A DNA stretch of 64,000 nucleotides from Octopus vulgaris (taxonomy: Eukaryota), in contig OX597820.1 of NCBI GenBank assembly GCA_951406725.2, positions 40,734,001-40,798,000 on the forward strand, given 5' to 3'. The notes below the pieces were generated by a model that had not been told where the DNA came from, did no database searches, and was given only the letters and a program-made list of their open reading frames with translations. Shown here piece after piece: positions 12,781 to 25,602 of the stretch. The position numbers were made by a program, and so were the translations under genes. Every line of letters starts with the position of its first letter. Position 1 is the stretch's first letter.

Positions 12781-14174
12781 TAAACTTGATATTACGTCAA
12801 AACTCTAACATAGTCGCTGAATTCAAACATGCTGTATATTACGCAGTCTAATCAAGTGCTATATTTATCCGTTCCTGATTAGTTTCCACTGAAATTTTTA
12901 AAGATGGTTAGCCTATGTCGATATACACCAGTAGCACACAGTAACCTAGGGTCGAAATAAAAGCACTTAGATCTCAACAGTCTCTCTGAAATGAATATTT
13001 TGTAATAGTTATCGAGCAGAATATGAATGCATTTTCGTTGTAATTATTTTATTCTATTGTTGCTAAATTTACATCTGTTAGAACATTCGATTTCGTTTAC
13101 AAGTCTGGAAACCCGTATCTATGACACTAATTAATAGCAACATAACATGAGCGCGCGTAACTGGATTGAAACATTTGGAATTGACTAGTGTACTAAAAGT
13201 ACAAACATGCTGACTTCTCTTAGTTACACTACTCTTGACTGTTGTCACTTAATTCCTCTACTACTCCTACGTTTTAGATTCCTCATTGGCGTTTCATATT
13301 ATATGATTTCTCTCTATTTATAAGAATTGACATTTTTATTATAGTTTAAAGATTTTGAAAGTTTTTTTTTCTTTTCAAAATTTTAAGTTATGTCTCAGCA
13401 GAAATCAACTCGTGCTATAAAAAGCATTGCAAATAAAATGAATGTAGCAGCAGAAAAATTACGAGTGCAGGAATGCTATTTTAAAAAGATCAAACTTAGA
13501 AGTGCAGAAGATACGATGATGGAAGTTTTAAAATGTTGCTGCTGCAGTTAGAATTAAAATTTCAGAAATAGGTTTTAGTTTCTTCCCGATGTAAAAGTTT
13601 GACCATTCTTTAGTGTTTAACCTCTGCAGCGAAGAAAGTTCTTGATAGAACTTATTATATTTACTCTAAATAAGATATTGTGTATTATAAGAGGGGTTTG
13701 ATGCACACGTAAATATCGGAGATTTAGACAATTTTTCAGAATTTCGAGATAATCAGCCCCCTTTTTCTATCCTTTTAGTGATAATAGCTGAGCTGACATT
13801 TAGACATACAGAAATGTGTTCATCTGAGGTGGAAAGTGAAAAGGATGCCTTTGAATTTGTCTTATCAAATAGGTAATGGCGTCCTGGCTGCTCAAAAACA
13901 ATGAGATAAATAGTGCGATTATTTTAGGGAAATTAGTGTTTCCCCCCTACTGAGAAATTAAAATTGATCCACACTAGAGATAATAAATTCATAATCTACG
14001 CTAATGAAGCTCTCTAATTTCAACACGCTTTTTATAACAACAACAAAAAAAAAACCTGCACAAGGCATGTCTTTTACAAAGCTTTGCCAACAAACCTTCT
14101 TTCCTCAAAGAACACAACATTTATATTGTTCATATTCGACAGAAACCTTTGGGTCTGATCGCAATTAGACATGT
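12412..14174. repeat. Long inverted repeat, arms 12412-12678 and 13904-14174
   Basis: ACATGTCTAATTGCGATCAGA...ATAATCGCACTATTTATCT is the reverse complement of AGATAAATAGTGCGATTAT...TCTGATCGCAATTAGACATGT, with scattered substitutions. Confidence 0.93.
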
Positions 14175-14291
14175 AGACAGCAATGCATTACAGGTGAAGA
14201 AAACTATCCCTACAAATTTAATGACTTTAGCCACAAGGTCCTCGATGGCATCATAGATATCCCTTTAATGTCTTCCCTCTATTCTTTTCGT

Positions 14292-14548
14292 GGAGGCACG
14301 TGGCTTAGTGGTTAGGGTGTCAGCACCACGATCGTAAGATTGTGGTTTCGATTCCTGGACCGGGCGACGCGTTGGGTTCTTGAGCAAAACACTTCATTTC
14401 TCATTGCTCCAGTCCACTCAGCTGGCAAAAAGGAGTAACGCTGCGATGGACTGGCGTCCCGTCCAGCTGAGGAACACATAGGCCATAGAAACCGGGAAAC
14501 AGGGCCTATGAGCCTGGCTAAGCTTTAAAAGGGCGCATTTATTATTTT
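14292..14548 (+). mobile_element. SINE family C (tRNA head, CORE-like and V-like blocks)
   Basis: A box TGGCTTAGTGGTTA, B-box-like GGTTTCGATTCC, TTCTTGAGCAAAACACTT, CTGCGATGGACTGGCGTCCCGTCCAG; older relatives at 34270-34450(-) and 49374-49590(+). Confidence 0.85.
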
Positions 14549-14812
14549 TTTTCTGTTATTTTCATCACAACTGACGGTATATTTAGGTATATAGCAAATC
14601 CTTATAAATACTTTTACAACATAAAAGAGAAAACAAAAATTATCATAGCATTTGCAAACACGCACATGCAACAAAACTCCCATCATTAATAACTCACCAA
14701 CAAATCCTAAATAAATACAAGCTCAGAATCACAACACTCGCACACGTTCACACATGCACATGTTCACACTCGAACTTGTTCACACACACAAACACACACG
14801 CACAGACACACG

Positions 14813-14867
<55 letters not shown>

Positions 14868-15199
14868 CTAACTCATTCTTGACAGTAGTAACAATCTGGG
14901 TCTACTTTCCGAACGAAATATGTGTTTGCTAAAACTACACTCTCGTAAATTACATAATATCTCTATTTACTTACCGTTAAATTGCGTTTGTTTATTCAAA
15001 TAGTTGTATCCAGAAATGTATAATTTGATCAATTAATAGGGATATTAAAGTGCAAATTTAGATATATCGATAAACTCAATGTCTACATTTAAATGCCTTT
15101 AGAATTAAATATGTATTCGTGAGTTTGTGAGAGTGTGCATACGTGTTGGTATTATTCAAAAGGATACATTCTCTAAATATGTGTGAGAATGTTGAGCTT

Positions 15200-15690
15200 A
15201 TAGAATATGAATTGGTTATGAGGTCCAAATTTTTCTTTATTCGGCTGTAATATTCTTTTGTGACACGTGTTTTATTACACTGTAATATATATTTTCATCC
15301 ATTCCTAGATACCTGTAACATTCATCGTCAGATACAGGTGAAACAGTCAAATCATTAATGGAGATGTTATTGGTCTAGTTTATATTTTTCTCCTTTTCAC
15401 AACCATATAACAACATTTATCCTGACCAAACTCCAATCCTACATCCTTTGAGGACGTTGTAACTAGGTCAAGGCTCTATATGCAATATTCTTTGCACAAA
15501 GTTTTAAGTCATCCACAAAGAAACAGTGTGTAATTTTGGTATTTCTGTTTCCTTGTGAACCAGTGAGATATCCTTCAGACTTCCTTAACATGAATGACAA
15601 GGGGTTTACAGAAGGTATAAACAACATCACAGAGAGGCTGCCTCCTTGGAATATGCCTTTGCGATACTGTATTCTATCGGTGATATACAT
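15200..15690 (-). mobile_element. R4/Dong-like LINE reverse transcriptase fragment
   Basis: KGIFQGGSLSVMLF, ITHCFFVDDLKL, SSKDVGLEFGQDKC, YRYLGMDEN. Confidence 0.8.
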
Positions 15691-16721
15691 TCACACTTTA
15701 TATATGCATATATGTATGCATGTATGTATGTATGTATGTATGTATGTATGTATGTATGTATGTATGTATTTTATTGTATTGTATTGTATGACATTTATAT
15801 GAATTGTGAAATCCATGTGAAAAGCCACATGGAGTTGATCCACATGCTCATGGGAAGTTGGATGGTAAGCTTAAAGGGAGTTTTGAGACGGAATGGCTAA
15901 TGCGAGCAGAGGTCCATTTGTGTATTTTTTTTGTGCATGTGTGTGTATATGTATACTTCCACAAGTCATCTTGTATTCTGAAGACGTGTATTTGCGCGCA
16001 TATGCACACATGATACGATTATTGCTTGGTTGTGTATAGCAGTTAGATGATTATCTGTGCATGTGCCCGCGTGCTTACATGGAACATACGTACTAGTGTC
16101 ATTATTTCATCAAATTTGGATTACATTTGAAGCAGCATTGTCACAGAATCCCGTACACCAGTGAACCGACTGTGTTCTGAACACACTGCGGTCGTAAAAG
16201 GCAGAAATTGCTTCTCCTATGACGTATTAGAGCAACCATCATATTTTGCTTTCGAACGAAATTAACAAACGAGCGAAGAAAATATTTTGGAGGCCCCAAT
16301 AAGTTTCTGTGGCGATAAAAAAAAAGGCACGTAAGAGAGACAGTGCTGAACAGCAACATGCAACATTTACAGAAATTGCACATTATATAGATATGTCAGC
16401 ATATTGTGTAAGAATAGTAATGAATAACTTTTCCTGTAACTTTTCGTAACAGGAAACAAGCAAATGATTTCAAAGGGTAATAAGAGCAAAAAAGATTTAA
16501 CTGAGCTGAAGAGATCTGAAAACAAGGAAGACTTACTGAATCAATCAAAGCCTCAATTGCGGTGGATAGAAAGTAAATTGTAGACCACTTTATATATATA
16601 TATGCTTCTGTGTGTCTTTCCATTGAAGCGTTAACCTAATAGCGCATATGTTAAAACTTGTTCCTCCTCTGTTTTCACTGTTGTTGCTCATTACATTTAC
16701 ACACGTGCGCGTGCACACACA

Positions 16722-17955
16722 TATGGATAAATTGTCGACATTTTATATTTATAATTTCGCGCATGTGCAGTTTTAGTTTTTTTTATTTTGTCGACAACAC
16801 AGTATATAGCAGTATCAGTTGAGCACAGTCTGTGAGAAAAACAGTACCATGACGCAATTTGCTCTGCCAGAAATTTGGAAACGACCTGCTGTACTGCTTG
16901 TTATTCGCGCCGGCAGCTCCAGTACGAGCATTTCAGAGTCTTTGGGTGTCAATCTGAGGAGAGTGCGTGTACTGAGAGTGATAAAAAGCAAACATCCACT
17001 CAAAATCATGATATTTGGTGTGATCACTAGTGATGGAGACGTTAAGCTTCCATTCATCTTTACACACAGCCTTGGACCCAACTACATCAGTGCCTGGAGA
17101 AGGTGGTGTTGCTCTGGATCAAGAGGATAGCTGCTGGAAGAACCTATGTCTGGTAACAGGTCTCTGCACCATGTCAAACAAGGAGGAGAATCCAGTCATG
17201 GTTGTTAGACAATTTCTGCGACTATATCACCCCTAACGTCTGGCCACCTAACTCCCCAGACTGTAACCCCCTTGATTATTATGTGTGGAGTGCAGTTTGG
17301 TGAGATACCAGCAAAACTCTTTGTAACACCAAAAATGAATTGAAGGCAAGGATTATGGCAGCATTCACCAACTTAAACAAGGTGACCGCCCAGAAGAGTT
17401 GCAGGAGATTCCGAATTCGTCTGGAGGCTTGGTTGAAGCTAATGGCGATTTTATTGAATAGATTTACTCTTTAGTATTTCAAAATATTTTTATGTAATTT
17501 AGGCGTGGCTGTGTGATAAGAAGCTTGCTTTCCAACCATATGGTTCCGGGTTCAGTCCCACTAAATCTTGGGCAAGTGTCTTCTGCTATAGCCTCAAGCC
17601 AACTAAAGCCTTGTGAGTGGATTTGGTAGATGGAAACTGAAAGAATCTCGTCATATATGTGTGTGTGAGTGTGTGTTTACTTGTCTGTGTTTGTTTCCCC
17701 ACCATCGCTTGACAATGAATATTGGTGTGTCTACGTACCGGTAACTTATCGTTTCAGAGACGACTAGAATAAGTACTAGGCATACAAAGAGTAAGTGCTG
17801 GGATCGATTTTTCTACTAAAGGCGGTGCTCCAGCATGGTGGCAGTCAGACTACAGAAACAAGTAGAAGAATAAAAGAATAAAAGAATATCTGTTAAAATG
17901 AGAGATTAGTGTTATTTTCAGTTTTGCGTCATTTAGACGACAATATATACACCGC
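16722..17955 (+). mobile_element. Tc1/mariner superfamily maT-type (DD37D) transposon, internally deleted and interrupted by SINE B
   Basis: IMIFGVITSDGDVKLPFIF; Q(V)SAPC...WPPNSPDCNPLDYY with 37 residues between the second catalytic position and the last D; C-terminal EANGDFIE*. Confidence 0.85.
17501..17888 (+). mobile_element. SINE family B
   Basis: Colinear with other B copies. Confidence 0.9.
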
Positions 17956-18068
17956 ACCATCGCAATCCTTAACATTTATGTATTAACTTTGTTGGGTACT
18001 TCACTAGCAGTATATTGGATATATGTTATCCCATGGAGGGTTGCATTTACAACCCCTATCTCAATTTG

Positions 18069-18139
<71 letters not shown>

Positions 18140-18289
18140 GTGTGAGTGTGTGTGTGTATGCACACACACACACGCACACGCTCACACATAGACACACACA
18201 CACACGCACACATACATAAGGTATTGGTGTATACAGAAACAGCGGGGTCTGTGCTTAGCCTTAATGGGTTATGTATAACTTAACATATG

Positions 18290-18690
18290 TGAGTCCTTCC
18301 TCAGACGTTCTAAGGCGGTCATTGCTACAGACATTGGTTAGAAGTTCTGGAGGCAGTACATGAACTTTCAGTTGTCAAGTTCATTCCGGCGGTTGAGGCT
18401 GGGTGTCTTCTTCCTGGTGAAATGTGCCTCTTTTATTCATAGGTTGACTGTATTTGTTTCTCGGGCCAGTATCCGGGTGGAGAACTCCCTGTCGCAGTGT
18501 TGGTGGTATTGGATTACGGCGCTGCGTGTTGTGGCTTGGTGACGGTGTTCTTTTACTCTAACCTGAAGCTGTCGTTTAGTCGACGCTATAAATTTTCCCT
18601 AGCAGGTACAGGTCATCTCGTGTATCACGTGAGTTTGAAAACATAGCCGGACAGTTGGCTGTCCGTTGGCTGTTTGGCTTTGATGGACCA
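18290..18690 (-). mobile_element. Second Penelope-like element 3' fragment (GIY-YIG endonuclease)
   Basis: Manual minus-strand translation: VIHEMTCTC*GKIY..KRQLQVRVKEH...SAVIQYH..RILARETN..IKEAHFTRKKTPSLNR; CTGAGGAAGG follows at 18304-18295. Confidence 0.8.
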
Positions 18691-18696
18691 GGTATA

Positions 18697-18867
18697 GGAG
18701 TAGGAGTAGATGTGTGGTAAGTAGTTTGCTTATGATCCACATGGTTCCGAGTTCATTCCCACTGCGTGGCACCTTGGGCAAGTGTCTTCTACTATAGCCA
18801 CGGGCCGACCAAAGCCTTGTGAGTAGATTTGGTAGATGGAAACTGAAAGAAACCCGTCGTATATATG

Positions 18868-18898
<31 letters not shown>

Positions 18899-19116
18899 CT
18901 GTTTGTGTGTCTGTGTCCCCCCCCCCCCCAAACATCGCTTGACAACCGATGCTGGCGTGTATATGTCCCCGTAAATTAGCGGTTCGGCAAAAGATCCCGA
19001 TATAAGAAGTACTAGGCTTACAAAGAATAAGTCCTGAAGTCGATTTGCTCGACTAAAGGTGGTGCTCCAGCATGGCCACAGTCAAATGACTGAAACAAGT
19101 AAAAGAGTAAAGAGTA
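18697..19116 (+). mobile_element. SINE family B, full length
   Basis: Head, core, internal (TA)n(TG)n and AGTAAAAG tail present. Confidence 0.92.
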
Positions 19117-20202
19117 TACATTCATTCATACACACTCACTCATACACACAAACACACACATACAGAGAGAGAGAGAGAAAGAGAGAGACAAGCAGACAGA
19201 CAGGGATCATGTAAAATTGCGTCTTATGACGTAACATAGTGGGTATGTAGTATGAGTGCTCAAGTTGACATACCATCAAAACCACCAAATTGAACTGCGA
19301 CTGAAATAAAAACGAGGTGTTGTAGCTGCCTGGCAATGAATGGATAGAAGTAATTATCATTGAGATAGATCAAAATGTCGCTTAAGTATTTCGTCTGGTG
19401 TGCTAATGATTCTACTATCTCGCCACCATAATATACACTATTATATAAAAAAAATTGCATAACACGGAAAATATGTTATTCATATGTACTCGGATTTAGC
19501 TAAAGTTCTACTACAATTACTGTCTTCGACGATGGAAATGTTCATCGCTATAATCCTCTACTAAAATCATCTACTAGTCTGCTACTATATGGAATGCTTA
19601 CGCTGTACTGTGCTTCCTTTGATAGTTTTTATTTTGGTTAAGATTAGTTGAATAAACAAGCGTCTACCATGGTATGTGTAGTACTTGACAGACCCTTACA
19701 GTTTAGTCAGTAAGGTTGGAATTTAAACAGTAGCGTTATAGAGGAGACTAACGACAGCGTAGAACGACAATATTCTCAAGAGAACTCTGGTGTTGATGTG
19801 AATCAACTAACTTGTCTATTCCTGCGAGTTTTCAACTCGGATTCTATTGATAAATAACCAAAATCTCTACCTTGGCAGTGCTACCGGAACGTTTCAGGGC
19901 TCTGACAAGGTCCATAGGAATAGAAGTGCCGTTAGGCAGGCACTTTTTTTGTAAGTCGCGGAGCAACGAAATCGTCACCACGTATCCGTCAGGTGTCCAG
20001 GCATTGTTTAACTTTTGAAATTATGAAAAGCATCTGTTGTCGTATATAAGACTGATTCAGTTAATAGTTACATTCATTGAGGAATACCTACCAACTTCCT
20101 TTGGCTGGAAAACTGTTTATTTTATATCTGGTAGTGTTATGTAGCACGTTCGGATGCCTTCTACTCAACTCTACTCCACTCTACTCTGTTCTAGCTTATT
20201 AC

Positions 20203-20434
20203 CTATTTCTTTACTGCCCACAAGGGGCTACACACAGAGGGGACAAACAAGGACCGACAAACGGATTAAGTCGATTACATCGACCCCAGTGCGTAACTGG
20301 TACTTAATTTATCGACCCCGAAAGGATGAAAGGCAAAGTCGACCTCGGCGGAATTTGAACTCAGAACGTAACGGCAGGTGAGATACTGCCAAATATTTCG
20401 CCCGGCGCGCTGACGTTTCTACCAGCTCGCCGTC
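20203..20434 (-). mobile_element. SINE family A (tRNA head, Meta-like core GCCTTTCATCCTTTCGGGGTCGAT), full length with TSD
   Basis: Near-identical to the 34849 and 39561 copies; flanking TTCTAGCTTA(T/C)TAC at 20189-20202 and 20437-20450. Confidence 0.93.
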
Positions 20435-20849
20435 TTTTCTAGCTTACTACCCTGATGTCTAGACTTATCCCTCTATATCTACGTATTGGGCTAGCCTACT
20501 TCATCGTCGGGGGCGTCCACACAACAGGTAGATTTAGAAAAAAAATACATGGTGTTGCGGTGGACATGCTGACAACGATTTTCCTTTTTGATCAAGCCTT
20601 CACTTTTCTAAAGATCTATTTGCAGTAACAGCCGAGAATGGAGATGAAAGCACTCACCGTCCTTAAATATACTGAGTGTGTATTATATTTATAAGAAGAT
20701 AGGATCGCCCATGATATTGTATTTATTCTCAATATGCTTCTGTTTATCACTGATCACCACCGAGAGAATGCATTTAGCATTAGCAGTTAGAATAATTTTG
20801 GATCCATGGACTTTTTTGATTGGCTTTAGGTATTTCTACCCTCTCTCCG

Positions 20850-21012
20850 TTTGACAATTGGAGGCATCTCTCTTATTGATGTGGTGTTGCTTGTTCTCCA
20901 TTGACTTTGTTACCTTAATTTACTCCGTTAAAATTCTCTTTCTTGTTATTTCGTATTCCGTCCTTGTATCATACCCAAATTTTAAGACCTTGTGGCCAAT
21001 AAATAAAGATTG
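20850..21012 (+). mobile_element. 3' UTR and tail fragment of a Tx1/L1-like LINE
   Basis: T-rich stretch ending GACCTTGTGGCCAATAAATAAAG, like the tails at ~31301, ~33850 and ~44088. Confidence 0.55.
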
Positions 21013-22967
21013 TTACTTATTAATATTGTTGTTGTTGCTGCTGCTGCTTCTGCTGCTACTGCTGCTGTTGATGATGATGATGTTGCTGCTGCTGTTTTAG
21101 TGGGGGTAGAAGAGATATCAGTTATTATCTTTTATCATCATGGCCATCATCATCGTCATCATCATCATTACCATCATTATCATCATCATCATCATTTTCA
21201 TTCTCATAATCATACACTTTGTCATTATTTTCATTATTACGCGAAAAATTTTCCCTGAGGCTCTTGGTTTATCATATCAATTCTTATTCTTGTTTATTCC
21301 TATTTATTTAAATATTTATTATTTACATATTTGTTTATTTATTTATTTATTCTCCTTTACTCTTTCAAATGCATTCGGCCATATTGCTTTTTGTTAAGAC
21401 CTGCTTGATTAACGAGTCTGCACCAACGAATGCTTCTCTAAACACAGTTCTACAATCTCCTGATAATTCTAAGATACACTTCTTAATCAAATGATTGTCG
21501 TTTCAACCCGCAAAATTGATTATGTTCCCTGTTTAGAATGCGGCGAAGTATTTGCCACCAACTCTTCACTTTCACTCTATCTCGCACCAAGTTCTTATTG
21601 AAGCCTTGGGTCGGTTTTACAACGTTTTCTATTTTGTGTTATTTGTTCCATTATTTTTCCTTTTTTTATTGGCATTCTCTCCTCCGCCTTTCGATCCGTT
21701 CTACTGATCAACCTTTTCGTAAAAATGCTAGTCACACATGCTCTCCGAATTCTGACCCTCGAGATATATGGCTAACATTGTTGAGAAGCAGTGGCACAAA
21801 TATCTCAGAATCCTTGATTGAATTTGTAGGAAAAGTAAAAGTTTTGGGCACTTCTTCATTTTATCTCTCCCTCTAATCTATGTACACCGACGAAAATTTA
21901 CTGTATTGATTTAGCGCCATCTTGATTGGCATAAAACAAAATGTATACAGAAGCTTGCCTGTAAGGAGAACCGTTCTAAAACACGCACGTATTTGCTAGG
22001 ATTAAACAAGGAAAAAATATGGCTTCTCACTGAACAAGTCACCTGCTCAATCACGTGATGTTTCTCATCTACAGTTTCTCTTACATGATTAATATGATAT
22101 ATGTTCCCTTGCTACTATGATTTATCTTTTCACCCTTCCTTTTACGAAGACTGCATTATTTCCAAGGGAGAAAATATCAATATCATTAGCAGCGTGCCTA
22201 ATAATTTATTATGTTTTGGTTTATCGGGGTGACATAGGAGGGGGTATAATTACCTTCCTATATCATGACGAGCGTCGACCATCATCTGGGTGGCAACTCT
22301 AACACCGAAGATGAGCAAAAGTACGAGTAGAAGTATTGTTTATATCAATTTCAAATTTTATTACACTACCGTCTGAAAAAAAAAAGAAACGGTAAGATAT
22401 ACATTCAAAGCGATTGATAGACTTAGCACTGGACTGAAATAGTTGGTAAAGCAACTGACAGGACGCTTTACATCCCTTTCGGAACTTAGCTCAAATCCTA
22501 CCGAACCAAACTTTTAATTATGCGCGCGCGCACATGCACACACACACAAACACACACATATAATTTTCAATAAGAAGCAGTTGTAATCGTGCAAACATTT
22601 CCGAAGCTACATATTTTTTTGTTTAAGCGCTAATTGATGGTAAGATTCGTCTGGGGAAAAGTTCCTTTAAGACTTCAATTTAAGTTTTATTTGGGGGAAT
22701 TTCAGCAACAGATTGTAATAGTTAATGCAACCAATTACACACTTTCTGAATGTCTCAGAAATTATTGAGCAATGCATTAAAGAAGTTTAGTAACTAATCT
22801 AATGTTTGATGTAGCTTAGAATCGATATATACGTAAGGAACAAAGATTGTTTTAGTAGCGACAATAGTAGACAATTGAACAGTTGACACATGTTAGATGT
22901 TTGAATAGGTTATTGACCAGTTTAAAATATTTATATATGTGTAAAGTGATACCCATCTACATGTAAG

Positions 22968-23165
22968 TATGAGGTGCTGAAAAAGATACTGAAGAAAATA
23001 CAGAAGGTTCAGATAATAATGATTTTATTCAACATATTCGCCTCACAGATTCACACATCTATTGCAGTGGTACTTCGGCTTTATTAAGCCCTGTAAAAGA
23101 AGTTTGATCTTCCAACCAAGCCTTTCGCGATACTATTAAAGCTAGGAAATTTTCAGCACCCTCTC
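22968..23165 (-). mobile_element. Mariner-derived ~200-bp MITE, copy 1
   Basis: Ends GGTGCTGAAAAG...AGGAAATTTTCAGCACC; interior is the reverse complement of 23524-23742. Confidence 0.75.
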
Positions 23166-23523
23166 CTGGGTTTAGTACTGGCACATATGGGAAGGTTGCT
23201 GTCCTCTATGATACTATTTCTCGAATGAAATAATTTTTTGGTTATGAATATAGTAATTAACGAGAGAGCCTTTACATAGTGACATTTTTTGCTAGAAACA
23301 ACGACTGAATATCTTTAAAACCTTACACTTTTGGCGGCGAACTTGCAGAGATGTTAGAACGTGGGGAAATAATTTTCCAACGTAACTGCTTGACTCTCAG
23401 AACACTGATTTCAAATCCGTGAAGGTCATCATTTCCTTGTATCCTTTCCAGGTAGACTTAAAAAAAGAGTACCAATCCAGTGGGGTGGATTGAAAAACTG
23501 TTAAAACATCGAACTGGATGCCT

Positions 23524-23742
23524 TACGAGGTGGTACTGAAACTTTCCTGGCTTTAAGGTCTCGCGAAAGGCCTGATGGTAGGACAGCCTTCCGAATTCTT
23601 TTACAGGGCATAGAAAAACCGAAGGAGTGATGCAATAAGTGTGTGAATCTCAGACGAGGAAATGTTGAATAGAATCATAATTAACTGATTCTCCTATATC
23701 TTCTTTTACCCAAAGCCAGGAACTTTTCAGCACACTCTGGTA
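23524..23742 (+). mobile_element. Mariner-derived ~200-bp MITE, copy 2
   Basis: TIRs GGTACTGAAACTTTCCTGGCTTT and AAAGCCAGGAACTTTTCAGCAC; interior reads GIEK...CNKCVNLRRGNVE*, like a mariner transposase C-terminus. Confidence 0.78.
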
Positions 23743-24389
23743 CTTTTTTGTTCCTACTCTTTGCTTTCTGAGTTAAAATCTCAACATAGCTTAGTCTAAT
23801 ACATGTCTTTAAAAAAGTCTATTTCTCTGGCTTGAGAATATTAACCATTCTCGGTTGCACAGTAAAGGCTTATGAGTTCTACCTTCCTACCTTATTAAAA
23901 AGATAAAGAGGAATCACCATTAAAGTAGTCTGGCCTATACTACGGAATATGGCCGGAATATCTTTGGATACAGTAAAGTTCAATCGGAGTTGTCTTGTTC
24001 TCCACACGATCTTAGTACGTTGTTTTAAGGGCTTTGTTTCCAATTTATAATTCCTATTCGTCGTTCAGCTCCATTTCAGTACTATTTGAGCAGAATCTTA
24101 AGTAGACATCCCTGTCGTAAATATCCCATTTTTTGTAGGGTGGTGTAGGACAAATCTAATGCAATATTTCCTTATTTAAGACGGTAGAATGTGATTTGAG
24201 GAAAATTTACGGACTGTTTACAACCAGTCAAGTGGCCGTGTATAGGCTCCGTCTTCTTATGTGTGTGTATGGGAGAGAGTGTGTGTGTGTGAGTGCGTGT
24301 ATGTATGTATGTATGTATGTATGTACGTACGTACGTACGTATGTATGAATGTATGTATGCATGTATATATGTAGGTACGTATGTACGTA

Positions 24390-24806
24390 TGTTTTCCAGA
24401 TGGGAAGGGTCTTCCTTTGATGCTGACATGCAATGTCTGTGCAAGACCCTGCCTCGGTAAAGCTAGACTTAAGAGTCATCTTCGTAGTCATAAAGCGAGA
24501 CAGATGAGTGACAACCTGGCCACTGGTGGTGGTGTAACACACCATACTAATCATATCTGTCGGGCATGTGGAAGAGAGTGTAATTCGGCAGGAGGATTTA
24601 AACGACATGCAAAGGTACATGAAGCGCAGTTACAACTACAGCCAGCTATTACCGGTAAAGGTTTTAGTTGCCGATTCTGTACAAGACATTGTAGATCTTT
24701 AGCTGGGATAAAAAGTCACGTTCGATCACAGCACCAGTAACAGTTAAGCTTCGTGCAATGGCCATACTCGATAACGAGGGGGCAGCCATAATGTTGGTAG
24801 GTACGT
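24390..24806 (+). mobile_element. Probable RTE-clade LINE 3' end encoding three C2H2 zinc fingers
   Basis: CNVC..LKSHLRSH, CRAC..FKRHAKVH, CRFC..IKSHVRSQH*; short 3' UTR with CTCG-ATAA-CGAG hairpin, then (TATG)n. Confidence 0.7.
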
Positions 24807-24828
24807 ATGTATGTTTGTATGTATGTAT

Positions 24829-24866
<38 letters not shown>

Positions 24867-25559
24867 ACCGACCTTTATGAGGTAAGGATTTCATCAGAAA
24901 TTGTGAACCCTGGTTTACAATTTCCACGGCACATAATAGGTTTCGGCTCTGCAGCCTTCATGATTAAATACTGTTCTTTTCATTTCTTTCAATTAATAAA
25001 ACTGTTAACAGAATAAAATTGATGACGCTGTCAGTGATCCCCTTTAATAAAATAAACTCCTTGAGACACATCTTTATAAGAATATTAATCATGTTTAGCT
25101 ATGTGCAGATGAAAGAGTAACTGCCCTTGGTATTTCTAATAAGAAAGAGAAAACAAATGAGATTATACACAAGATTGACTGCATGGATAAACTGTCGCAT
25201 CGACGCCATCTTTGTAACATGCAACACCAAAGCTAGAAATTCAAACAGCAATGACATAATCGCTATCACACACGCATACACAGAAACACACAAACACAAA
25301 ACACACACACAGAGACACATTTACAAAGAAGTGGACATAAATGGGTGCATATACATAAAATTTCACTCATAGTATTTTCCTTTTCATCTTTACCCTTTCT
25401 TCTACTTCCTCGTTCTCTGTCATCTTTTGCACGCTCTCTCACACTCTCTATTTCTTCCCCTTCTCTCACTCGCTTCTTGTGTATGAGTAGGCAATTTTTT
25501 TTTTTAATTTCTTCTCTCTTCAATCAAATGTGCACACATGCAGACACACACACACACAC

Positions 25560-25602
<43 letters not shown>

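Noticed and set aside
14292-14365. tRNA-like sequence with A and B boxes
   Set aside because: Continues into a SINE body with related copies; not a standalone tRNA gene
19680-20050. Possible old Tx1 ORF1 remnant on the minus strand (RIRVE motif)
   Set aside because: Only a few residues match; too decayed to support
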